From Chrysochromulina tobinii (taxonomy: Eukaryota), in contig JWZX01003358.1 in assembly GCA_001275005.1 (NCBI GenBank), forward strand, positions 1-46,804: a stretch of 46,804 nucleotides of DNA, given 5' to 3'. The notes beneath the pieces were generated by a model, which did not search any database, was not told where the DNA came from, and saw only the letters and a program-made list of their open reading frames with translations. Below, piece after piece: positions 1 through 10,627 of the stretch. The position numbers and the translations under genes are program-made. How positions within the stretch are numbered: the stretch's first letter is position 1; each line of letters opens with the position of its first letter.

Positions 1-1
1 G

Positions 2-2772
2 TGTGAGGAGCTCGAACGTTGGTGCACATTTCTGCGCCCGGGCGACATCAACCTCGTGCGCTCCCACCACAATGGTGCCCTTCGCTTGTCACCCGTCACC
101 ATCGTCTCATACGGGCTGATCACGAATGGCAAGGAGAAGGAGCAGCTGGCTGCAGCGCTCGCGGCGGCCAATTTTCGGGTGGCCATCGCCGACGAGGCGC
201 ACTACTTGAAGTCGAAGGACTCCCAGCGCGCGCAGCTCGTGCTGCCGCTGCTGGCTGCCGCGCGGCGCATCATGTTGCTCACAGGCACGCCGGCGCTCAA
301 CCGGCCCGTCGAGCTCTACACGCTGTGCCACACGCTCTGCCCGCGCGTGCCGCAGTTTGCGACGTACAAGGCCTTCACCGAGCGCTTCTGCGGCGCGCAT
401 GTGCGCTTCGTCGGGCGCGTGCGCCATCTCGATGTCTCCGGCTGCACGAACGCTCCCGAGCTGCACGATCTTCTGCGCACGCATGCGATGATACGGCGCC
501 TCAAGAGCGATGTGCTCACGCAGCTGCCACCCAAGCGCCGGCAGCGCATCCTGCTCACACTGAGCGGCGGCGCGGGCCGCGGCGCGAGCAGCGCGGCCAC
601 AGCCGAGCTCGCGCAGCTCGACCGAGCCATGAGCGAGACCAGAGACGAGCGCGGCAAGCAGCACCTACTGTCGCAAATGTGCGTCGCGCTGGGATCGGCC
701 AAGGCGCACGCGGCGGCGGAGCTCGTGCTCGAGATGCTGCCGAGCTGCCGCGACGGGCGGCTTCTCTTCTTCGCGCACCACAAGGCCATGCTCGACGCCG
801 TCGACGCGGCTGCCGCCTCGGCGAGGGTACGCACCTTCCGCATCGACGGCTCGGTTCCGGCCGTCGAGAGGGCTGGGCTCGTGAACTCGTTCCAGGCGCT
901 GCCCGCGGACACGCCCGCCATCTTCCTTCTCTCGATCCTCGCGGCGGGGCAGGGGCTCACCCTCACCGGCGCGAGCACCGCCGTCTTCGGCGAGCTTCGC
1001 TGGACGCCGGGCGAGCTGCTACAGGCCGAGGACCGGTGCCACCGCATCGGGCAGCGATCGAGCGTCAACGTCTACTACCTCGTCGCGAAGGACACGGCGG
1101 ACGAAGCGATGTGGGCGGTGCTCCAGCGCAAGGTGCGCGCGCTCGGCGCGGCGCTCGATGGGCGAGTGCGCCAGCGGCTCCACGTGGAGGGTGAGGAGAG
1201 GCGCATCGAGGGCGCCTCTCAGGAGGACTGCGCGGACGAGGCGGCAGGTGAGGCGGGGAGAGGCGGCGACGGCGGCGACGGCAGCGGCATCGGCGGCGAA
1301 GCACTCTCGTTGCTTGCTCGCAAGGCGGAGCGCGAGCGTCAGATGAAGCGCGAGCGCTCGCGCCTTGCGTTCAACTCGCTCTTTGCAGCCAAAGCCTCTC
1401 CCAAGCCTGCCGCCACCGCCACTGCCGCGTCCTCCTCGGCAACGCCCATGGCGCACACGATGACTCCATCCACTACCATCGACCTGACCCGGGAGTTTGA
1501 TGAGGCGTTTGATGAGGCGGCGGGCGACGCCACTGCCTCCGCGCCCGCCGCAGCAGCCGCTGCCTCGAGGGTCCTCGGTAGCCCCAGCGACGCCATCGCC
1601 ACGTCAGCTGCTCGCTCGTCTGCCGCTGGGGCCACGCCAGCAGGGACCGATCTCGTCGAGGGATGGTTTGCCGTGAGCGTCCTGACGGGCCGCGTGCACG
1701 CCTTTGGAGGGGACGACGCGCCGCTGCCCGCCGGGATGGGCGCTTCAGCACTCCCGCACGAGATCCTCGACGACGACCCGAGCTCGCTGCCGCTGCCGCT
1801 GCAGGAGCCGTCGATGCTCGCGGCGGCGCGCCGATGGGTGCTGGATTGGGAAGGGCTCTCCCCGGCACAGAAGGCGGTGCTGCATGACAGGCCGGTGCGC
1901 GTGCCGCTCGCTCGGGCGGCGCTTGGGACGGCGCTGCGCCCGCCACCGATGCTGCCGAGCGGTATGGCTGCGGCCGCCGCTGCGGGCTCCTCGGTGGACG
2001 CCTCCTCGCTCGTCGCGGCCGCCGCCACTGCCGGCACCTTCCCTCGCGCTACCGCCTCTTCTCCAACAGCCGCTCCCGCTCCTGCCGCTCCCGCTCCCGC
2101 TCCTGCCGCTCCTGCCGGTGGCAGCCGCGTGCGCGAGACGACGAGCGAGCGCTGGGCAGCGAGCCACGTGCCTCTTTCGGAGCACGTCACGCTGACGTGG
2201 CGCACCGAGAGCACCGCCACGGCGCGCACGTGGACGCAGCATTTCTCAGTCGAGCACGCGCTCCCGTATTGCCTCTACTGCCTCACGCTGCACCAGCCCG
2301 CGCGCGAGTCGCCGTTCTGCTCGGACCGGTGCGCGTCCCAGTTCAGCTCGGCCGAGTCGCAAGCGTCCGCGCGCCGGCAGCTCTTTGAGCGCGAGCTCGG
2401 CGTGTGCCAGCTGTGTGGCTTCAATGCGCACGCCTTCTACCGGCGCCTCGTGGCCCTGCCGTCCGAGCAGGAGCGGCTGCAGTGCGTGATGGGCAGCCCG
2501 TTCTCGACGGCGAGTGAGCGGCTCAAGCGTATGCTCACCGCGCCCAAGGAAGGGGACTTTTGGGAGGCGGACCACATCGTGCCCGTCGCCGAGGGGGGGG
2601 GGAGACGAGCCTCGACAACTTCCAGACGCTCTGTGTGCCCTGCCACCAGAAGAAGACGCGACAGCAGGCAGCCGACAAGCACAAGCGCAGTCTGGCCGAG
2701 GCAGCGGAAGGCACCGCCGACCTGCGAGAATGGTTTGCGACTGAAGACGGCGACGAGAAAAACCAAAACTAA
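2..2772 (+). CDS. ZRANB3: ZRANB3/SMARCAL1-like SNF2 annealing helicase with C-terminal HNH endonuclease; 5'-partial; apparent 1-nt frameshift in the G-run at 2593-2602
   Basis: The frame is open from base 2 (CEELERWCTFLRPGDINLVRS). It carries SNF2 motifs IADEAHYLK, LLTGTPALNRPVELY, MIRRLKSDVLTQLPPKRRQ, FRIDGS, AAGQGLTLT and QAEDRCHRIGQ, then ERELGVCQLC and WEADHIVPVAEGGG. The HNH tail ETSLDNFQTLCVPCHQKKT lies in another frame, which stops at 2772. Confidence 0.9.
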
Positions 2773-2832
2773 AATACAGTTCGGCATAGTGTGAATTGAC
2801 TGTGAAGCCACGTTCCGTGTCCGTCCACAAAA

Positions 2833-3609
2833 ATGGTCTCCCCCTCCTCCCCCAACAGCAGTGACAGCTCGGCAAGCAGTGGCAGCAGCAGCAGTGGCAG
2901 CAGCAGTGGCGGCAGCGGCGGCAGCAGCAAAGGGAGTAGCGCGAGTGGCAACCGCCTCACGCTTTCTCCCTACATGTGCAAGGCGCTCGCTGGCACTGGC
3001 TCCGGCATCGTCGCAACGGCATTGTGCTCGCCACTCGATGTGGCCAAGACGCGCGTACAGGTTCAGAAGTCGGCCGACGTGCACCGATCAGGGTACTCGG
3101 GCATTCTTCAATCGCTCGCCACCATCTATCGGCATGAGGGCCTCGCCGGATGGTACCATGGCTTCACGCCCGCAGTCTGCAGTGTCGCAGTCTTCTGGAC
3201 TGTCTACTTTCCGTGCTACGACTACAGCAAGGAGCGCATCGCGCTGTTGAGCGGACTGCCCGCCTCGTCTCCACTCGTGCATATGTCGGCCGCCGCGGGC
3301 GCGGGGCTCGTGACTGACGTGATCACCAATCCCCTATGGGTGATCCGCACCCGGCTGGCGACGCAGGCCCTGCGCTCAGGCAGCGGGCCGGAGGCGGGCG
3401 CGATGCAGTACACATCGATGCGCCACGCATTCCGGCGCATCCTGGTTGAGGAGGGACCCATGGCCTTCTTCGCTGGTCTCTCCGCTTCCATCCTTGGCCT
3501 CTCCCACATCATGATCCAATTCCCACTGTACGAGAAGATGAAGGCCGAGCTTCTGCTCGGCAGCCGCAGCGGGAGCAGCAGCAGCAGCGGGAGCAGCAGC
3601 AGCGGCAGC

Positions 3610-3646
<37 letters not shown>

Positions 3647-4119
3647 GCGGCGGCGGTGGTGGCGGCGGCGGCGGCGGCAGCAGTAGCACCGGTGGCCCGA
3701 TCTGGCACATCATCGCCGCGTCCGGCCTCTCGAAGCTCGTTGCCTCCACCGTCACGTACCCACATGAGGTCATCCGCGCGCGGCTGCAGAGCGACCAGGG
3801 TGGACGCAAGTACGCGGGGCTAGTGGACGCTACGCTGCAGACCTATCGGAGCGAGGGGATCGGCGCCCTCTGGCTCGGCTTCCGAATCAACATTGTGCGC
3901 ACCATCCCGCAGAGCATCGTCACGTTTACGATGTACGAGGCGCTCTCGACGGCGCTTCAGCGCCGAATGCGCTCACAGCACCAACACGAGCACGAGCACG
4001 GGCACATGCCCGCAGGCGCCACGGGTGCTGTGAGCGGTGCAGCGGCGCCAGTTGTGTCCAAGCCGGTGCACGTCGAGCGGTTGTCCTCTATACACGTGAT
4101 CGCGCGCACGCGCTCGTAG
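2833..4119 (+). CDS. Mitochondrial carrier (SLC25), NAD+ transporter NDT1/NDT2-like or folate-carrier-like
   Basis: Three carrier signatures: PLDVAKTRVQ, PLWVIRTRLA, PHEVIRARLQ. GLSHIMIQFPLYEKMK and NIVRTIPQSIVTFTMYE resemble NDT-type carriers. Confidence 0.88.
3560..3690 (+). repeat. (AGC)n/(GGC)n microsatellite encoding an in-frame poly-Ser/poly-Gly insertion
   Basis: Runs of agc followed by ggc/ggt codons between carrier repeats 2 and 3. Confidence 0.9.
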
Positions 4120-4765
4120 CGCGAGGCTGACCCGACGTGCTGGTTCAACGAGCGATCACCTGGACATCAAGTCGTACGCTCGTGTACTGCGGTGCGCTGA
4201 CCGTGCCGAAGAGAACTCATCCAAATGACGCTCCGGTGAAGGCGCAATATGGACAACCGTGTGGTCTGAGTTAGTTCTCAGAGTCGGCCGCCACGTCTCG
4301 TCCGTCTCTCGTCTGCACGTCTGCCCGGCCGGGTCTGCTGGGCTCTGTGTTCACATACAGTGCGGTCTCTGGCGGCGCCGCGCGAGGCGTGTTGTCCTCG
4401 CTTAGGGCACATAGGGGCGGTGGGTAACGGGACGTGCCGATCGCGAAACTCCGTCCGGGAATCTATGTTGGAACTAGGATGATGGATGTGCGGCCGAGCC
4501 CGTGTCCTGTCGCCGGGCGGCGGCGGACGCTTGCTACCGTTCTCGGCGGTGGTCGGATGCGGTCATACCATCGCGTATTTAAACTTGAGGCAAAAGGTAT
4601 ACTACTGTCGCTCTGTTGCATCCGCTCTACGACACAAAAATAGTAGGCTGCAGGTGCGGGTGTGCGTCGCGGAGGCGCACGGTCGCTCGACGAACAAGAA
4701 CGCAGCAACGCACGCGCCCGACACGGTATTATCGGTAACGGGCGCGATTCCCGCCATGTCTGGTC

Positions 4766-6847
4766 CTACCTGCCGGCGACGCTCGTGCCGACGAACTCGC
4801 GGTGCACGGCGAGGCGCTCCTGCTTGAGCTTGTTCTCGGCGGCGGACAGCCCCTTGCTGAGCGTGTGCTGGAGCGCTTCGTCAGAGTACGCAGGTGCAGG
4901 CGAGGACGCATGCAAGCGATCCGATGCCGCGGAGGCCATGGGATTCGATGCAGCGGAGCTCGGGCGGCGGCGTTGTACCAACGAGTTCACCACGCAGCTG
5001 TTCGCCACAGGATTCACAGCAAAGCCGGCGGCGGCAGCGAGCATGTTTGCTTTCGTAGCCGACTCGGCGCGCATACTGCCTATGGACGTGGCCTGCGAGG
5101 CGGATTGCGGACGGCGTGCTGGGGAAGGCGCGCCCGAGGTTCCGCCGCTGCTGCTCCCGGCGGTTGCTCGCGGAGCATGCGCCGTTGGGGCCGGGATCGT
5201 GAGCCCGGGTGACGGGAAAGCGCCCACCGGCGGGGGCGCATCCAACTCGTAGAACTCCAGCTGGTGCCTCGCCATCCACTGGAGCCGCCCTTTGCCTGAG
5301 AGCCATAGCGGCACCGACTGCGAGCGGTGCAACTCTCGCTCTTCCTTCCATGCCGGGTTGCCCGCGAACTTTTTGCGCCACGGCGCGGGCTGTCCTCCAA
5401 TGAGATTCCTCCGTATCGATCGGGCGCCCGCGACGGCGCCGGCGCCGGCGCCGCCACTCCCATCGAGCCCCCGCAGTGCGATCACCTTGTTGCGCTCGTT
5501 TCGGAAGCTGAGTATCTCCTCCTTCGGCTTCGGCGCCCCGAGGTGCTCGTCGGCGTCGGGAGCGCGGCGGCGCGCCACCTCGGCCTCGCGCTTCGCAAGC
5601 TTTTCGGCTATCTGCTCGGCCTTCGCGATCGCTGCGAGCTCCTTTTCGTTCTTCGGGCGCAACGCATTGGGCAGTCCGAAGAGCTGGCGAGCCTCGACCA
5701 CACCTCCAAGAGGACGGCGCCGCTCGCGCATCCCCATCTTGGCGGAGTGGGCCAAGCCCACGAGCTCATCGCACATGACGCGGATCTTGGTCACGAATGG
5801 TTTGTCGATCATCGCCGTCTCCACGTCCTTCTCAAGCTCGCCGTCTTGCAGCGCCTTCCCCAAATCGGGCTGCTCGGGCGGCGGCTCGGCAGCGCCCGCC
5901 GCCTCCGCCTCCGCCTCATCGAGCGCCTCTGCCTCCAAGTGATGCTCTACTGCAGGCGCCTGCCGCCGCTCCTCCTCGACACTCTGCATACGCCTCGCGT
6001 TTGCCTGCAGGTGCTGCGCGCGCATCGCCTGCCACTCGCCATCCCAATCCATCCCAACGTCCTCCACAAGCCCTAGCACCGTTCTGCGCATCAGCAAGCG
6101 CGTGCTGTCTGTGACCAGCTCACACATGCGCGCGATTTTGAGTGTCTCTTCCGCCGCTGCATCCACCGACTGTGGCGCCTCCACAAACACCTCACCCAGC
6201 GCTCGCCAGCGCGCTGCCGGCGACGGCGCCAGCACCTCTTCCGTCTTTTCGGTCGTCGTGGCCTCAAGTGCTGCTGAGAACGACGACGAGGACGTCGATG
6301 CGTCGTCCACCTCGTCCTCCCCGTCGCGATCGACTGCCGGGGCCACCGTTGCAGTCAGGGGTGGCTCGGCATCCGCCATGTCTTCCGCGGACGAGGGCGC
6401 AGGCGCCGGTCTGGCGCTCGGCGTAGTGTCGTCGGCAACCGGTGGCGTCGAGCCGCTGCTGCTAGCACTCGGCTGTGCTGTCACGCTGCCACGCCTTCCG
6501 GGCGCGCTGCCGGGCCGCGACGCTTTGCGGCCCGCCGCCACTTCCGCGATAATCTCCTCTCGGTGGTGGACCGATTCGGTGTGCGGTGCCTTCCGAAAGC
6601 TCGGCGTCGGTTTGCGTATGGGAGGCCTGCCTGGTATGGGCCGCTTCTCATGGTCATTACGCACCGAGCCCAGCATCAAGAGGCCGTCAAGCACATCCGG
6701 CTCCAAATCCTGCTCAACCGTATCAGCAGAATTAGCAGGCATCCCGTATAGGAGCGATCCCAAATGTGGAGAGGACGAGATGAGGATGGCATTCTCAGTG
6801 GCGTTGCGACAGATGTTGCCATCACCGCCGCCTGCAACCGCCGCCAT
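4766..6847 (-). CDS. Hypothetical protein (low complexity, charged helical segments); start and 3' exon structure uncertain
   Basis: Long open frame with plausible coding composition; first ATG at 6847 (MAAVAGG). No family motif recognised. Confidence 0.6.
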   Translation of the reverse strand: MAAVAGGGDGNICRNATENAILISSSPHLGSLLYGMPANSADTVEQDLEPDVLDGLLMLGSVRNDHEKRPIPGRPPIRKPTPSFRKAPHTESVHHREEIIAEVAAGRKASRPGSAPGRRGSVTAQPSASSSGSTPPVADDTTPSARPAPAPSSAEDMADAEPPLTATVAPAVDRDGEDEVDDASTSSSSFSAALEATTTEKTEEVLAPSPAARWRALGEVFVEAPQSVDAAAEETLKIARMCELVTDSTRLLMRRTVLGLVEDVGMDWDGEWQAMRAQHLQANARRMQSVEEERRQAPAVEHHLEAEALDEAEAEAAGAAEPPPEQPDLGKALQDGELEKDVETAMIDKPFVTKIRVMCDELVGLAHSAKMGMRERRRPLGGVVEARQLFGLPNALRPKNEKELAAIAKAEQIAEKLAKREAEVARRRAPDADEHLGAPKPKEEILSFRNERNKVIALRGLDGSGGAGAGAVAGARSIRRNLIGGQPAPWRKKFAGNPAWKEERELHRSQSVPLWLSGKGRLQWMARHQLEFYELDAPPPVGAFPSPGLTIPAPTAHAPRATAGSSSGGTSGAPSPARRPQSASQATSIGSMRAESATKANMLAAAAGFAVNPVANSCVVNSLVQRRRPSSAASNPMASAASDRLHASSPAPAYSDEALQHTLSKGLSAAENKLKQERLAVHREFVGTSVAGR

Positions 6848-7329
6848 TGAACCAGCCCACAAAATTCCCACACACGAGGTTTTCACGGGAAACAATTGTA
6901 CCGGTACAGTACGTCAGCAATGCATCAACTCCTACATGAGGCAAGCAAGCTTGCTGAATGAGGCTACACCTTTACGGTCCTTGACGGGTTTGAACCGCCA
7001 GAGGCCTCGTGCCCTGTGGCAACGTCCAACGTCCTTCCGTGTTGCTGGTACAATAGTATACTTGTATAGAAGTATACCTGCAGGAGATTAGGAGATAGTT
7101 ACGCCCTATATTATAACTATATTATAAAGTTAAGTCAGTTAGAGGCCCACATAACTTTATAGACTCTCTACCTGTACTGTGTATTTTGCCGCCTTTCTAC
7201 CCTAACGACGGGTCTGTTCGACAGTCGAGTCTGTAGAGACTGTACTTCGACAGTCGTCTGTTACCCGCTTACCCCGCAGCCACGCCCCACACCCAGAACG
7301 ACGCCGACACTGTTAAGCTCTCTCGCGGG

Positions 7330-10300
7330 TCACTTCATCTTGGTACGCGTGCGCTGCTTGGTCGCACTCTGCACCACCTTTTCCTCGACGCGCAGCCCCT
7401 TGCGCCGGCGCACGTCGTCGACGAGCTTGCGCGCGAGGTTGATCGTCGGCAGGTCACCGTCGTCGAGAGCCTCCTGGTCCTCCTCCGACGTGACCACAAA
7501 ATTGGGGTCTTGATGGAGCGCTTCGAAGTGCGAGAAGACGAGCTGCGGATGCGCCGCGCCTGAGGTCGACTTTCGAAGGTCAGTGGCGAAGCCGAAGCTC
7601 TCAGCTACCGGCAGGTGCGCGCGGATCGTGAAGATGGGCGTGCCCTCCTTGAGCTCCTCGGAGAGGATGGCTGCACGCCGCTTGGAGAGCACCCCATATG
7701 CCTTGCCCATCGAATCCTGCGACGTCTGTAGCTCGCAAAGGTACACGGGCTCGAGCACCCGAGGCGAGCCGGCGAGCACTGCGGCACGACAAGCATCCTT
7801 GGCGGCGACGATCAGCTGCCCCTCGAGCTCACCGCTCTGCAGCTCAGCCGCCGCCGCCTCCGCGGCCGTTGGCGCACGCAGCTCATCGAGCACGAAGGCC
7901 ACGTCATCCATTGGCTCCTCACACAGGGGTCCGCTGCTCGCGGCGAGCTGGAAGCCCGAGAGCACGTTGGGGAGCAGCTTGCTCGCACCGCCGTCAGCGC
8001 CGCCGCCGCTGCCGTCGCCGCCGTCGCAGCCACGCAGAGACTCGGCAATCGTGGGGGCGCAAAGCAGCAGCGAGACGCATGCGCCGCGGAGCGTCGCGCT
8101 CAACGGCTGAAGCTCATTCCAGGGCGCTACCTCCCCCTCAAGCTGCTTTCGGAGTGCAAGGAGCGCCTCGCGCACATCCCCGTCGGTACCGGGCGCGCTG
8201 GCGAGGCTGAGCCAGCTGCCGGCGGTAAGTAGCGCCGTCCGCAGCGCTGCCTTGTGCTCGTCGACGCACGCGCGAACCTTGGCTGGCAGCCGGAGCACGC
8301 GCACGATGAGGCTCGCAAGCTTGTTGGTGGTTGCAGCCTCGCCACGACCGGCCGAAGTGATCGCGACGCTCTCGTGCAGTGGCACAATGGGAGGTGAGAC
8401 GACCACCTCGAGACCCGGGGCGAAGGTGTTGTTCAGGTCGTGCAGGCAACGCTCAAGGTGCACCTCGCCGCAGGTGGCGATCACGTGCTCGCCCGTCGGC
8501 AGCGTCGCCACGTCGACGCTCGGGTCGGCGCGTGCGAGCAGCTGGAGGCCAGCCACGAGCTGTGGGAGCAAGCTGAGTAGCTTCGGCGCGAGGGCCACCT
8601 GCACAACAGGTGCACCCAGTAGCCGTCAGTAGCCATCAGTAGCCGTCAGTAGCCATCAGAGGCAATTATGGGCCATCAGTAGGTATCACCTGCACTATGG
8701 GCGCGGATTGGTTCGCGAGCGGCGCAAAAGGCGGGCAACCATGCAGAGAGCATAGCGTCGCACTCTTGATGGGCACGTCTCCGAGCCCGCCGAGCCCAAA
8801 GACGCTTCCAGCGGTTACGAGGGTCGTCGGCACGAGCTCGCGCCCCATGAGCGTGTACAGCCGCAGCCCATCGATCTGCACGAGCTCCGGTGGCATCACT
8901 GCGTTGTCGATGCCGATACGGCGCATCTGCAGCGAGCGAGCGTCTCCGCTACCCGTCGCGAGTTTCCCACTGAAGACTCGCGCGAGGCCGACAAATGCAT
9001 CGTCCGGGTGCACTCCCGACACGCCGCGCGCGAACACCATCTTGGCGACGTGCACGTGCACGGGCGCGTCTGCCGCCGCGTCGCACGTGTCGATGGCATG
9101 GCGTAGCCGCTGAAGGCTGGCGACCGAGCAGCCGCCTCTGTTCGGCTCGCCGTCGGTCGCTTCAACAGCCGCCACGGCACCGGCAGGTGCGCCTGTCGCC
9201 TCCGGTGGCGCGAGCGCGGCCAGCGGCGGGCAGAGGTGGGCAAGGCGCGCAGCCTGCGAGGCGGCCGCCGAGGGAAGCTGCAGCACAGCTGTACGCAGCA
9301 CCGTCCGTCCCAGAGGCAGCCACTGCCCCATGATGGCCCTTAGCTGCACTAGCGGGTCCGAGTGCTTTAGATCGCGAGGGGGCACCTGTAACCCGAGCGT
9401 CGCGATGATCTTGTCGCGCTTGGGCGCGTCCGGCTCAATGAGCACGGCCTCGTACACTTGCCAGAGCGTCTGCAGCACAAACTGGACGAACATCGGCTTC
9501 AGCTTGCCGTCCGGGTTGGTGCGTGCGATCTTCTTTTGTTTGGGCTCGAAGAAGAATTCTCCCCACAGAGTCTCCTGCAACACGGCCTCGCGCATGCCCA
9601 GCTTGGCGCTGATGAGGCGCGCAAAGTCGTCGAGGCCGAACGCCCAGCCGTGCATTGCGGACGCAAAGAGCACATTCCCCTTTTCAGGCGCAAACTGCAG
9701 CTCGCCCACGCGCGTCTCGTCGGCCACTCCGTACGCCTCACCCGCGGTGGCGCGCGCCTCTGCGACGAGATTGTCTGCATCGCGCTCACCCGCGGCGGCG
9801 CGCGCGTACAGGTGGCCGGCGATCGCATTCACCTGCTGCACCACATTTTTCATGTGGTGCCAGGCCTCAAGCGGCGAGAGCTTGAGCTCAACGATGAGCC
9901 GATCGATCTTGTTGAGCACGAGCACCGGCACCACGTGCTCGTCCCACGCCTGTTGGAGCACCGCGTGAGTCTGCACGCAGACACCCTCGACGGCGTCGAC
10001 GACGAGCAGCGCGCCATCCGACAGGCGCGCCGCTGCCGACACTTCGCCGCAAAAGTCGACGTGTCCCGGTGAGTCGATCAGGTTGACGATCGATGGCATG
10101 CCGCCGGGCGCAGCCGGCTCGACCGAGAGCGCGATACACGAGGCCTTCATGGTGATGCCACGGTCCTGCTCGTCTTCGCGGCTATCCATGTACCGCAGCC
10201 CGAGACCGGCCTGCCGCTGGCTTAAGATGGACTTGCCGTGGATGTCGCTCGAACCCGCAAGCAGGTTGTCGGCGAGGGTCGTCTTGCCGTGATCGACATG

Positions 10301-10381
10301 CGCGATGATGCAAATGTTGCGAGTGTGCGCAGCGGATGTGGAGGTCTCCGGATCGGAGATGTCGGTGGCATGCGACGTCAT
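7330..10381 (-). CDS. EFL1: Elongation factor-like GTPase 1 (EFL1/Ria1); exons 10381-8690 and 8598-7330
   Basis: Exon 1: RNICIIAHVDHGKTTLAD, RYMDSREDEQDRGITMK, NLIDSPGHVDF, VLNKIDRL. Exon 2: GEVHLERCLHDL, GPLCEEPM, LPVAESFGFATDLRKSTSGAAHPQL, RRRKGL..EEKVVQSATKQRT. A phase-0 GT-AG intron at 8599-8689 joins PIVQ|VALAP. Confidence 0.95.
8599..8689 (-). other. 91-nt spliceosomal intron in EFL1 with tandem CTGA(T/C)GGCTA 10-mers
   Basis: Sense sequence CAG|GTGATA...TTGTGCAG|GTG; removal fuses the two EFL1 ORFs in frame. Confidence 0.9.
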
Positions 10382-10627
10382 GTTGTTTGTGCTCGCTTTC
10401 CTGCTCACGTTCACGATTGCTGCGACGCGCGCGAATTCGGTCGCGCGCCAATTTCGGCCCACATCCCGCGTTTCTCGCGAGCATCGCACGATCCCAATTG
10501 CGTGAATGAACCTTTTCGGACGTGTGGATGTCACGGCGAAAGCAAGGGCTCGGCCGTCGCCGCCGCGCCGCACCGACGAAGCAGTTCTCGTGGGCCGCTA
10601 ATCCCTGACACGCACGCGGTCCGCTTC
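10382..10627. promoter_or_regulatory. Probable bidirectional promoter region between head-to-head EFL1 and TASP1
   Basis: Only 246 bp separate the two divergent predicted start codons. Confidence 0.5.

Noticed and set aside
2380..2660. HNH domain as a homing endonuclease or mobile element
   Set aside because: A C-terminal HNH is the normal architecture of ZRANB3-type helicases.
4463..4770. Possible extra 3' exon of the 4766-6847 gene (NTRWYDRIRPPPR...)
   Set aside because: The obvious GT donor and CAG acceptor do not give that frame; it cannot be supported without transcripts.
8615..8680. Short regular repeats resembling a CRISPR array (also 40055-40140)
   Set aside because: Units are about 10 nt with no unique spacers, they lie inside spliceosomal introns, and there are no cas genes in this eukaryotic context.
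10238..10627. N-terminal extensions of EFL1 (to 10573) and TASP1 (from 10238) making the genes overlap
   Set aside because: These use non-ATG starts from the ORF caller; family homology begins only at ATG 10381 and ATG 10628.
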